The translations under genes and the position numbers were made by a program. Of a stretch of DNA of 64,000 nucleotides, positions 37,630 through 46,448 are shown piece after piece. The notes under the pieces were generated by a model. It made no database searches. It saw only the letters and a program-made list of their open reading frames with translations, and was not told the origin of the DNA. Every line of letters starts with the position of its first letter. The first letter of the stretch is position 1. Origin of the DNA: a virus; the IMG/VR virus record IMGVR_UViG_3300010401_000036, positions 3,382 through 67,381 of that record; one strand, 5' to 3'.

Positions 37630-38206
37630 AGTCCGTCTCCTCAGTCTCGACCGAGATCAAATTGAACAGCCACTTGAGCCAGCCGTATTTCGCAACAAAC
37701 CGTTTCGGCATCGTCGAGAACATCAGTTGGCCGCCTTGGCATCCCATGATGATCGACGGGTCTTTTTCTTCGGCAATCTGCCTAATGCGCCATGCCACAT
37801 ACTGCGAGCTGCTCAGACTCATGGACCTTGCCGTCTCGATTTCGAACGCAGACAGGTTGATGCGGAAAGCAAGATCGACAGCGATATCCCGGCCAGAGTT
37901 GGCGTTGACCACGGCTTGGTCCATCTCCTTGTCACGCGCGATCTTCGACACGTCGCGAATGCGCTCCATCAGGACCTGACCGCCGATCCGGATTTCATCT
38001 TCGTAACCTGGGCCGCCTTGATATTTGCCGCGGAAGTGACGTTCTAAGCGCTTATATGGAACGTTGGTCCATCCCGCGTCCAACATTGTCTGGTACTGCT
38101 TATCGATCCCGCCGAAGGTATTTTTCGACACCCATTGGTAAATCATCCCGGACGGGATCAGGTGACTGGGAATTTCGTAAGGGTCTTGATGTCTTACGGA
38201 CGCCAT
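37622..38206 (-). CDS. head-region protein (paralog 2)
   Basis: IP..LIP.G..YQW, GW..VP, VLMER. Confidence 0.7.
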   Translation of the reverse strand: MASVRHQDPYEIPSHLIPSGMIYQWVSKNTFGGIDKQYQTMLDAGWTNVPYKRLERHFRGKYQGGPGYEDEIRIGGQVLMERIRDVSKIARDKEMDQAVVNANSGRDIAVDLAFRINLSAFEIETARSMSLSSSQYVAWRIRQIAEEKDPSIIMGCQGGQLMFSTMPKRFVAKYGWLKWLFNLISVETEETDYE

Positions 38207-38209
38207 CTG

Positions 38210-39193
38210 TCATTGCCCTTCCGTATAGCTTCGGTCATAGGCGCCCTGCTGCTGCAGCTTCAGTTTGCGCCGCGCAAATTCCTGCAAACCGATCGCGTCC
38301 CCTTTTTTGAATTTCCCGTTCGGGTCGTTGTAGTTCCAGACGTGGGTGCCGTCCTGAGCCGCTGCGGCTTCCCGCGCAGTCAGTGAAACCGTGGGGGATG
38401 AACCGCCGCCATTGGTTGACACAGCCGCACCAGGAGCCACGGGAGGCGCAGGCGATCTCTTCTGCTGCTGCGTGGTGACCTGTGACGCTTCAGTCGGATC
38501 GGGCGCCTTCTTGGCGATCCCAAGATACTCCTCAACCCGCGCGAAATACTCCGGCGTGTCAGGGATGAGATCTTCAGCCTGTGCCACGGCATCGGCCGCA
38601 GTCAGCTTCTTCAGCCCCTTCTCGCTCCGGACATATTCGGGATGGGCGCGCACCCATGCCGCGGTGGGAGGCGTGCGATTCGCCGCGAAGATTTCGACCG
38701 GGTCCGTCGACCTTACTTCTTCGGTCTCTCTTTTCGGGGCCTTGGCTCGCGCCTCCATGTCGGACTTGGCTTCGTCGAGCCGCATTTCCGTGGAACGCGC
38801 TTTGGCGAGACGGTCTTGCGCTTCGACTTCCGCATCAATATCGCCTGCCGCCTTGGCTACTCGTATATCACGCTTGGCGCGCTCTGCGTCTTCCTGTGCT
38901 GCGCTCAGGGCTGTGGTGATGGTGTTGAGATCGCTAGACGTGGCACGCTTGTTCGCTGACTCAGCTTCGCGCTTGTGCCTCGCGGCTTCCCGCTCTGCCT
39001 CGATCCGGCGCCGCTCCTGCTCGGCCGCGCGGGTCTCCAGATCCTTGTATTGCGCCATCAGGTCCTGGACGGCGGGATCTGGCTTTACCTCGATCTTAGG
39101 CTCTGTGGTCGTCTTTACGACCTCAGACGCGCCCTCAACGTTGGCGGTCTCGTCAGGGATGATGTTGATGGAGATTTCGTCGTCAGCCATCAA
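38210..39193 (-). CDS. capsid scaffolding protein
   Basis: Acidic coiled coil; W...HP, TPEYF, PVAP, V.LT..E motifs; between portal and MCP. Confidence 0.7.
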   Translation of the reverse strand: MMADDEISINIIPDETANVEGASEVVKTTTEPKIEVKPDPAVQDLMAQYKDLETRAAEQERRRIEAEREAARHKREAESANKRATSSDLNTITTALSAAQEDAERAKRDIRVAKAAGDIDAEVEAQDRLAKARSTEMRLDEAKSDMEARAKAPKRETEEVRSTDPVEIFAANRTPPTAAWVRAHPEYVRSEKGLKKLTAADAVAQAEDLIPDTPEYFARVEEYLGIAKKAPDPTEASQVTTQQQKRSPAPPVAPGAAVSTNGGGSSPTVSLTAREAAAAQDGTHVWNYNDPNGKFKKGDAIGLQEFARRKLKLQQQGAYDRSYTEGQ

Positions 39194-39936
39194 TCAATCC
39201 TCTTGGTAAGAAGCTGCACTGGCTCATAAGCAGCGCCTTTGCATGAAAAGTTCTCATAAAGAATACACGGTCCCAAAACTATAGGCTCCATATATAGGCG
39301 CCTGCGTGTGTACTCGCCCACTTCAAGTCCGAGCGCTGCTGCAGCATCCTGCCACCGAGCCGACACCCTGACCTTTATGGTCACATCAACATCAATTGGC
39401 GGAGCGTCAGACGGAATGCTTTCATAAACCTTAGACTCTACAAAATTCGTGTCCGCTATCCTAATGCCGCCATGATAGGGAGACGGTTTGGAGCCGTCCA
39501 TTCCAAACAATGCGCGGGCTTCTGCCATTTGCTGTTGGGCGCGACTCCTGCCAGCGTCGGCCTGCGCTTTAGCCACACTTTCAGGCGCCCACATCAGGGC
39601 TTGGCCATCTACTTCGCACCCTTGGACCAATTTCCATCCGCTGTTAAGCGCTTGCTGAACAAATGAACGCCCAAGAGGATGGTGAAGGTCGGCTTCATGC
39701 TCTCCCATGATTCGGAATGTGAACCACTGCAGCGCAACGCCGCTCGGTATCGTCTCAGGGTGGATAAAGAAGGGGTCTTCAAGCTTACCGATCTTCAACT
39801 TGAACTTTGGATTAGTGACTGGCCTTTTCTTGTGCAGCGCAGAGGCAAAAGCCTTCGCCAGCTTCGACTTTGCCGGCGGTCGCTTTCGCTTCTTGACAGG
39901 CTTAGCCATGTGCCGCCTCTGCCTGTACGATGGCAA
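39190..39936 (-). CDS. head-region protein (paralog 3)
   Basis: IHPETIPSG.ALQW, GW..V, ALM..P; start may be the ATG at 39909. Confidence 0.6.
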   Translation of the reverse strand: MPSYRQRRHMAKPVKKRKRPPAKSKLAKAFASALHKKRPVTNPKFKLKIGKLEDPFFIHPETIPSGVALQWFTFRIMGEHEADLHHPLGRSFVQQALNSGWKLVQGCEVDGQALMWAPESVAKAQADAGRSRAQQQMAEARALFGMDGSKPSPYHGGIRIADTNFVESKVYESIPSDAPPIDVDVTIKVRVSARWQDAAAALGLEVGEYTRRRLYMEPIVLGPCILYENFSCKGAAYEPVQLLTKRID

Positions 39937-40183
39937 CCGTCTTGGACGCCGCGCGCATCTCCAGAACCTTGACGCGAGCCCGGTTGATTCGGCTCTTGAC
40001 CGTGCCGATTTTGGCGCCCGTGATGTCTGCGATTGCGCGGTACTTCAGGCCGTCATTGGTGGCCAGCTCGAGCATTTCCCGGGCATCGTCCGAGAGCTTT
40101 TGCAAATGCTCATCATCGGTAGGAAAGAGCGCGAAGTCTTGGGCGGGATGGTTTTGGATGCGCCTGCGCATTGGGTTGTCCAT
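39902..40183 (-). CDS. stand-alone sigma70 region-4 (ECF-like) HTH protein
   Basis: L.KLS...RE.L.L....GL.Y..IA...G..IGTVKSRINRAR. Confidence 0.75.
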   Translation of the reverse strand: MDNPMRRRIQNHPAQDFALFPTDDEHLQKLSDDAREMLELATNDGLKYRAIADITGAKIGTVKSRINRARVKVLEMRAASKTVAIVQAEAAHG

Positions 40184-40190
40184 CGCGCCC

Positions 40191-40637
40191 TCAATAAATC
40201 AGTGAGGGGTCTTTGACCCGACCGCGGACGAAGGTGTCCTCGATCAGCCGGCAGGACAGGCCCTCGTTCATCTTGCGTCGATCGCGGATATAAAGTTCGT
40301 AGCCATCGCTGGGACGGTAAACGACCCAATCCCCGGGCTTGACGGTAATACCGCCGAATTTGGCCACGCCATCGTCCTGAAACGCGATGGGGCCAGTCTT
40401 CAGGACCAAACCGATCTTCCCCTGAAAACGGTTTTCTTCCTGAGATCGGTCGGTCTCGTGAAACACGATTTCCTCGCCGTTCGGGCCCTTCATGACCTTC
40501 AGCGGCGGTACATAGGTGGCGATCAAAATAAGATTGTGGAAAACTTCGTAGTCTCCCAGATCTCCCGCCGCATCCCACAAGGGTTTGGCCGGGTCGTGCG
40601 CAGCCGCTTCAGCGAGCTGTCTCAAGTTCAACTTCAT
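40191..40637 (-). CDS. GroES-like co-chaperonin
   Basis: G.VLK.GP.AF.D...F....VKPGDWV.Y....G, R.I.D..V.G.V.DP; usual position after the portal. Confidence 0.75.
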   Translation of the reverse strand: MKLNLRQLAEAAAHDPAKPLWDAAGDLGDYEVFHNLILIATYVPPLKVMKGPNGEEIVFHETDRSQEENRFQGKIGLVLKTGPIAFQDDGVAKFGGITVKPGDWVVYRPSDGYELYIRDRRKMNEGLSCRLIEDTFVRGRVKDPSLIY

Positions 40638-40647
40638 TCATCGTCCT

Positions 40648-40860
40648 TTAGGCCCGCTCGGCCTTTTCGATATCGTCGCAGACGTGCAACGCTTCATCGA
40701 TTCCTTCCAAGACGCCCACTCGGCGCTGGTGGTCTGGCCAGTCTTGCGCGACGACCAGTTCGCTTACTCGATCCGCCCTGATCTTCTCCAGCTTCGCCTT
40801 GATGGTCCTCGCGGCTTGCGGGGAATCAAGAGTGAAGACTGAGAAAGCCCGGTCCGACAT
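40648..40860 (-). CDS. small conserved protein preceding groES
   Basis: DW..H...VG...G...A helical pattern. Confidence 0.6.
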   Translation of the reverse strand: MSDRAFSVFTLDSPQAARTIKAKLEKIRADRVSELVVAQDWPDHQRRVGVLEGIDEALHVCDDIEKAERA

Positions 40861-40863
40861 ATC

Positions 40864-41631
40864 TTACCGTTCTACCGCTGGCTCCCATGGCTCATGTCCA
40901 GCCTTGTTCTGCATATGGGCCTTGGCTTTCCGAGCCTTACCACCGCCGGAACCAGAAGGCAACTTCGGCGCCATCTGGTGGCCCTTTTTACCATCGGAAT
41001 AGATTGGGCCGCCCGCAGCTCGCGTGATGACCGGCCCGCGGCCGATGTTCTGGGTGTCGCTCTTGTTGCCGGAATGCTGGATGGGAGTCCGATCGCCAAT
41101 GCCGGTCACGCCCTTCTTGTCGGCCAGAGATTTCTTTCCGACCGCGCCGCCGTCCTTGTAGGCACGTCCGCCTTCTGACCGCGGCGGCATTGGCGGTCCA
41201 CCCGGAGGAGGCCCACCGAGGCCTGCCATGGGCGGAGCGCCAGCGCCAGGAGGGGGCGGCATCATGGGCGGCTTTGTGGGCATGGGAGGCGGTCCAGCCA
41301 TCGGAGGTGCACCACCGGGCATTGGCGGATGCTGCCCGCCGCTCGGCGCCACAATGACATTCACGCTGGTCTTGCCGCTGCCCTTGTGCTTGACGTGGCC
41401 GCCCTTGGCACGCCGTACGGCCTTGTCCCCCCGGGATTTGGCCCCCTTCCCATCGCCCTTGAGCGCCGATCCCTTGACCTCCTTGCGGATCAAGGCGCGG
41501 TCTTCGGCCTCATCGGAATGAACCGAGCCGCCTCGAGCGTAGTGCTTGGGAGATTCACTGACGCCCGCAATGCGGCTGACGCGCTCGCGCTCGACCTTGT
41601 GAGCTTTGTGCTCCTGCATGGGGTGGGCCAT
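40864..41631 (-). CDS. basic, Pro-rich GG-repeat protein
   Basis: YARGG, RAKGG, SEGG, YKDGG, RAAGG; poly-Pro/Met central segment. Confidence 0.7.
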   Translation of the reverse strand: MAHPMQEHKAHKVERERVSRIAGVSESPKHYARGGSVHSDEAEDRALIRKEVKGSALKGDGKGAKSRGDKAVRRAKGGHVKHKGSGKTSVNVIVAPSGGQHPPMPGGAPPMAGPPPMPTKPPMMPPPPGAGAPPMAGLGGPPPGGPPMPPRSEGGRAYKDGGAVGKKSLADKKGVTGIGDRTPIQHSGNKSDTQNIGRGPVITRAAGGPIYSDGKKGHQMAPKLPSGSGGGKARKAKAHMQNKAGHEPWEPAVER

Positions 41632-41829
41632 TCAAGACTCTCCTGAGAGGTTGTCGCCATAACCGTTCATAATAGCCACAGAGACTGGATCGAACGGAAA
41701 CTGCTCCTTATCTGAACCAATCGCGGCAGCCTGAAATTCCTTGGAGGCGATAATGCGCAGCCCTATCTCGCGTAGGCTGCCTTTCCGCAGTGACCTCCTG
41801 AAGTCGTATCCATAGATGATGTCACCCAT
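41632..41829 (-). CDS. hypothetical protein
   Basis: Abuts both neighbours; GGAGGG RBS. Confidence 0.5.
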   Translation of the reverse strand: MGDIIYGYDFRRSLRKGSLREIGLRIIASKEFQAAAIGSDKEQFPFDPVSVAIMNGYGDNLSGES

Positions 41830-42003
41830 CTACTTTCCCTCCTTCGCCTCATAGGCGGCCTTCTCCAGCACGGCTTTGTCGCCACCGTAATTGCGAATGG
41901 TGTCCGTCACGTCGGCGTCGGTCGCCTTCTCTACGAAGGGCTGGAGTCCTCGGAGCCATGAAGGGTCGCTTTTGTGCGCTGCGTCACGATACGGATGGGC
42001 CAT
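41830..42003 (-). CDS. hypothetical protein
   Basis: AGGAG RBS before MAHPYRD; N-terminus resembles MAHPMQE of 40864..41631. Confidence 0.55.
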   Translation of the reverse strand: MAHPYRDAAHKSDPSWLRGLQPFVEKATDADVTDTIRNYGGDKAVLEKAAYEAKEGK

Positions 42004-42229
42004 TCTTGATCTCCTGTTTGATCTCGCGGAAGGATGGGCCTGATTGTCCAGCACCGGGAATGGCGCGAACGATTGCATCGTAAATATGCCGAGCATCATT
42101 GCCAGTGGGGCCGCTATAGAGACCGTCATTGTGGCGGCTGATATCCCATCCTTTTATGGCGTTCCAGATTGCATCGAATAGCGGATCGGCATCGAGCATT
42201 TCTGGCGTTGGATGTGGATATGATGTCAT
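41984..42229 (-). CDS. hypothetical protein
   Basis: P.P.ML..DP.F.AIW..IK.WDI....G..GND pattern; overlaps the portal stop. Confidence 0.6.
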   Translation of the reverse strand: MTSYPHPTPEMLDADPLFDAIWNAIKGWDISRHNDGLYSGPTGNDARHIYDAIVRAIPGAGQSGPSFREIKQEIKNGPSVS

Positions 42230-44517
42230 TTTTTGCCCTTCGTCGTAGGCTTAGCCGGCTCTGGCGGATTCAACGCCTGATGCGTCGAGATGGCCTGATC
42301 GTGCTGGTCCTGTCGGCTTTGCCTGACATGATCGGCGACGTTCAATTGGTGCTCTTGATGCGCCTGATGGGAGCCCAAGCCAGCCTTGATCAATTCTACT
42401 CCGGTCTTGCGGCGCGAATCCACCTCTGCTTGCGCAATCTCGTGATGTTTCTTCTGAGTGTCAGCGTTGGCCTTGGCCACGTCGGCCTGCGCCTTCTCGG
42501 CGTCTGCCTGATGGATCACCTGCTCTTTAATCAGGTCGTCCTTATGGGTCTGGACCTGAGTGACCAATTCCTGCTGCTTCAGTTGGTTCTCTGTCGAGTC
42601 GTTCGCAATGTCGGCATCAACCTTCTTCGCCTTGGTCTGGGCTTCGATGAGCTTGGCGGCGTCAGCCGGGGCCGGTCCCTGCTGTGGCGGTGCATCGCGG
42701 ACCAAGCCTTCCGGTGCCTCCCGCATCGCGGCAAGCACGCGCAACAGTGCCTCTTTCGGATCAAGCAGCGCCTTGAAATCAGGGATCTGCAGCAACTGCA
42801 CCAAGCCCAGCGCCTTCGCAACCCGGTGAATATGGCTCGGCACGTTCGGATCGGAGACCGGGACGAGCTTGACGTTCTCAAGCGCGGCCAGCAGCCGTTG
42901 AGCATCCCAGTCCGGTAGCTCGTCGCCAGCAGCGGCTAGCAAGTCCTCCGGATGCCGGCGGAACAGTTCCACTAGCATGCCGATTTCTTCGCTCTGAGCG
43001 GTGTGCATGCCCTTGTGGGCCGCGGCCATGACTTTGGTGGCCTGCTCGATCTGGGCGAGCATTGTTCCAACGGGAACGTTGGCGATGCCTTCCGCCGCAG
43101 GAATCTCCGCACCTTGCCCGAGCGCCTTGGCCTGCTCGGTGATCTTGTCGATCAGGGTCAATAGGCCGGGAGTGACGTCGCGGTAGGGGTTGGGGAAGAT
43201 GACGTTGCCAATCGCCTGACCGTTAGTCTCGACCGGCTTCCATTCCCCAGGTCCAACCTGAAAATCGGTATTGATCTGACGACCAGCCAGCTTGGCGATC
43301 ATCCCGCCCGGGAAGTTGGCGAACATGCCAGCGTCCAGCGCCTCGCGCCACGCAGCGGTCATCGCGGCTGAGGCGTTGCCCAGCAGGTTGAGCATGCCGG
43401 TTCCGTAGAACCCGGGCCCTGGAATGTAAGGATACCTGACATACATCCGCTGGCGGTTGCAGTGCTCGTCGTGTTCCTCCCAGTCCCTGCGGATTGAGAG
43501 GATTTCCTCGTTGTCGCGGTCGATCGTGACGAGATAGGGGAGCGGGATGCCCTGTCCCTTGAACTTGGACTTGGCCGGAATGAACTCGTCCAGATCAAGC
43601 TCGCACTGGCTTTCCCAGATCGTATAGGGCTTGTCCTCCGGGCGATCGGGGGTCGCTGTGGTGCCCTGGATATCAGCAATCTTGCTGTCGATCTGGTCTG
43701 GCGTCGGATTCGGAGGCGGTGCGCCGGTCTTGCGATAGGCGCCAAGCATGACCATGCGCTTGAACACCGATGGGCGCATTTCGATCTGGTGGGTGATTCG
43801 CCCGCAGGAACGCAAATCGGTCGATGTGTCGGAAACAATGAGGTCTTTGCCCTCGACCTTCTCCGAAACCGGCCGGCGCCGCATCGGGCAGCGGTAAATC
43901 TTCTTGAACCCACTCCCCCGGAAATACACACCCCACAGCAGCATGTGGCTGGTTTCGGGGTAGTACTCCACGGCCTTTTCGGTCAGGTAGCGATTGACGG
44001 CCCGCTCGAGCCTGTCCGCGTCGTCGTCCTCCTGATTGGTCTCCCGGCCGTCTGACTTGACCTTGACCGGGCCCTGCGCCGGCAGCAGTTCGGCCTCTGC
44101 ATTAGCCCAGCCCTTGAGGCAGGCCTCAAGCAGCAACGGATTCCGGACCTTGGACATCACCGGCCCTTCGCCGGTAGAACTCACATCCGATCCAGGGCTC
44201 TCGATCTTCAGCCCGAGGATGTCCATCCCGCGGCGACCGTTGTCGAGCCAGCCTTGGCGCGATTGGTCGTCTGCCTTGATGCCGTCTATGAGGTCGTTTT
44301 GGATGACGGAAAGCTTAATTCCGTCAATCTTGTCAACGATATTGGCGAACCAGGCCTCTTCCTTCTCGCCGAATCCGGCCTTGGGAGCGTCGAGCCTGAC
44401 AATGACGCCGCCGTCAGGCTGTTGTTCCGTTACAGTTCCCGTTTCCGGATCGACGGAAATTGTCTGGCTTTCGCCATCGTCCACGACGACATGCAATGAT
44501 CCGCTTTGCCCGGCCAC
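42226..44517 (-). CDS. portal protein
   Basis: 763 aa; D..SR..W, PLL.EA, ELLPA.GPVK, GSGFKK.Y, PY.VTID, YIPGPGFYG.G, DAG.FAN.PGG, PVGT..A, H.AQ..E, PVSDPN. Confidence 0.9.
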   Translation of the reverse strand: MAGQSGSLHVVVDDGESQTISVDPETGTVTEQQPDGGVIVRLDAPKAGFGEKEEAWFANIVDKIDGIKLSVIQNDLIDGIKADDQSRQGWLDNGRRGMDILGLKIESPGSDVSSTGEGPVMSKVRNPLLLEACLKGWANAEAELLPAQGPVKVKSDGRETNQEDDDADRLERAVNRYLTEKAVEYYPETSHMLLWGVYFRGSGFKKIYRCPMRRRPVSEKVEGKDLIVSDTSTDLRSCGRITHQIEMRPSVFKRMVMLGAYRKTGAPPPNPTPDQIDSKIADIQGTTATPDRPEDKPYTIWESQCELDLDEFIPAKSKFKGQGIPLPYLVTIDRDNEEILSIRRDWEEHDEHCNRQRMYVRYPYIPGPGFYGTGMLNLLGNASAAMTAAWREALDAGMFANFPGGMIAKLAGRQINTDFQVGPGEWKPVETNGQAIGNVIFPNPYRDVTPGLLTLIDKITEQAKALGQGAEIPAAEGIANVPVGTMLAQIEQATKVMAAAHKGMHTAQSEEIGMLVELFRRHPEDLLAAAGDELPDWDAQRLLAALENVKLVPVSDPNVPSHIHRVAKALGLVQLLQIPDFKALLDPKEALLRVLAAMREAPEGLVRDAPPQQGPAPADAAKLIEAQTKAKKVDADIANDSTENQLKQQELVTQVQTHKDDLIKEQVIHQADAEKAQADVAKANADTQKKHHEIAQAEVDSRRKTGVELIKAGLGSHQAHQEHQLNVADHVRQSRQDQHDQAISTHQALNPPEPAKPTTKGKK

Positions 44518-44672
44518 GAGCTGCTTTCCAGTTGGGACCGGGCGTCGGTCATGTGGGGCCTGCGGCGAGCGGGCCGGAACGTCTTACTACGGTTTGGGTA
44601 GGGCGTCCACGGAACTTAATATCCACAGGTCGGTTATGGCTCTAGCCCCGCTGCGGGCTGCTGGAGGCTTCA

Positions 44673-44882
44673 ATGCCCGACATCATCATCCAATTGATCA
44701 TCGTCATGCTCGTTTGCGGATTCGTCTATTGGGTGTGGCTGAAGCTCGCTCCACTGATGCCGATCGCCGAGCCGTTTGCTTCGGTCATCAACGTCCTGAT
44801 CGTCATCCTCATTGGCGCAATCGTTCTATTCTACGCCATTATTCCGCTATTGCATCAGCTTGGGCATTTGAGCCTACGCTGA
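44673..44882 (+). CDS. small two-TM membrane protein (moron-like)
   Basis: GGAGG RBS; two hydrophobic helices around P..EPF; opposite strand. Confidence 0.7.
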   Translation: MPDIIIQLIIVMLVCGFVYWVWLKLAPLMPIAEPFASVINVLIVILIGAIVLFYAIIPLLHQLGHLSLR

Positions 44883-44883
44883 T

Positions 44884-45108
44884 TTACTTCGGCGCTCCCA
44901 ACCGCCTCAGCCTCTCAATATGCCGGATAACCGCGTCCCCTGACATCGGGGCTCCGTACCCCACCCAGCCGAAGAACTCATCCGCCCGGATTATGTGAGA
45001 CCGCGAGTTTGGACCCCACACGAGCCTGATCTCCACATAATCAGGGAACTCCGTGTCAGGCTCTATGCACGGAGCTCGGTCTAGGTCACCTTGGGGTTGG
45101 CGGGGCAT
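44884..45108 (-). CDS. hypothetical protein
   Basis: ORF with AAGG RBS. Confidence 0.5.
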   Translation of the reverse strand: MPRQPQGDLDRAPCIEPDTEFPDYVEIRLVWGPNSRSHIIRADEFFGWVGYGAPMSGDAVIRHIERLRRLGAPK

Positions 45109-45444
45109 TCAGAATTACCTTTCTGTGTGTAAACGAAAATGCCTTCGCCACAAGAGACGCGCTGTCGCGGCGATTATGACAAGGCATATCACCAACCACG
45201 TCAGCAAAATCCAATCGTGATACGTTTTTGGCATCATCATTTAATCGCCTTGGGGATCAGCCCAAATGCGCGTAACACATAATATGTCGGTCCCAAGATG
45301 ATGGTGACACCGACGAAGGCGACGACCGTAATTACAGCAGCGGCGATTCCGGCAAAAAGTATTGCCCCCAAAAACTGCGTCAAACACCATACTATTTCAT
45401 ATATCGTCATGGTATTTTCCTTTGCGGCTGAGCAGCAGAATCTA

Positions 45445-45732
45445 TCACTGAATCGGCTTCAGGATCGACGACCGCCGCGAAACCCGCTCCGTCGTGCCAG
45501 ACGTTACCGCGGCATGGATCTTGTATTTCAGGTCGTCGCAGGCAAGGTTGAGGTCTGCAGCCTGCCGGCCTGACATCACCGAGGCAAAGCCGTCCTTCAT
45601 GCAAACGACAATTCCGATTGTGGAGAAGTTGCCTTCAAGGGCCTGAGCCAAGGTTTCCTTCAGCAGATCGACGATTGCGATCTGGTCTTCGTTGAGCGCG
45701 GGCTTGCCGCCGATGATGCGTGGTCCGGTCAT
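45445..45732 (-). CDS. hypothetical protein
   Basis: Typical small gene between terminase and portal. Confidence 0.6.
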   Translation of the reverse strand: MTGPRIIGGKPALNEDQIAIVDLLKETLAQALEGNFSTIGIVVCMKDGFASVMSGRQAADLNLACDDLKYKIHAAVTSGTTERVSRRSSILKPIQ

Positions 45733-46448
45733 GATTTGTTTCCGTCCTTTGTCTTCGGGTACACTGCCACTGGCCCGCGACGACCAAACATAGTGATGCT
45801 GTTTACAGCACCCGATATGTACAGATCCTCCAAGGATGTTGGCAATTGCTCCGTTCTTATCTTGCCGATTATCTTACCTCCTCTCTTGCGTTGGGCTTCG
45901 TCACCCTGCGTTGAATCGATCTCAGACATTTTTGAATCCTCTTTAGCTTGGTGAATAGTCAACAAGCCCACCAGCCCACTCAACAGCAGCGGCCCAAATC
46001 TCTTCGTAAAGCTGGTCTTGCGTCCACTTCTCTTCCTCGGCTCGTTTGACGAGTTTGGCTATGATCTCGTCCGGCTCAGTCATGCCGCTCGCTTCTCTCA
46101 TAGAGATTATCTTGCAAGGCTCGCTCCGTTACCGCTGTTGCGGCGCGCATCCGCTTAAACAGCAGCATAGCCTTTGCTGGATTTTCTTTCCTAAGCCTGC
46201 GGTAGTCGGCGGCCATTTTGTTCCTTATGTCGGCCAAGTCGTCCTTCATAAGGTGAAGGACTCGCAAGCCTGTCATTTGAATAGCTCCTTGATGCTTTCC
46301 TTGGGGTCCTTCAGGCGTGACTTGTCTTTTATTTCAGTGCGCTCAGCTTCCAAGCGCTGCACATGCCGGAACTTAGGGCTCTTGGTGTTGCCACGATGGC
46401 TACCTGACTTGCCGTGTTTTTTCATGCCGACGCCCTTAGTGCCGCTCG

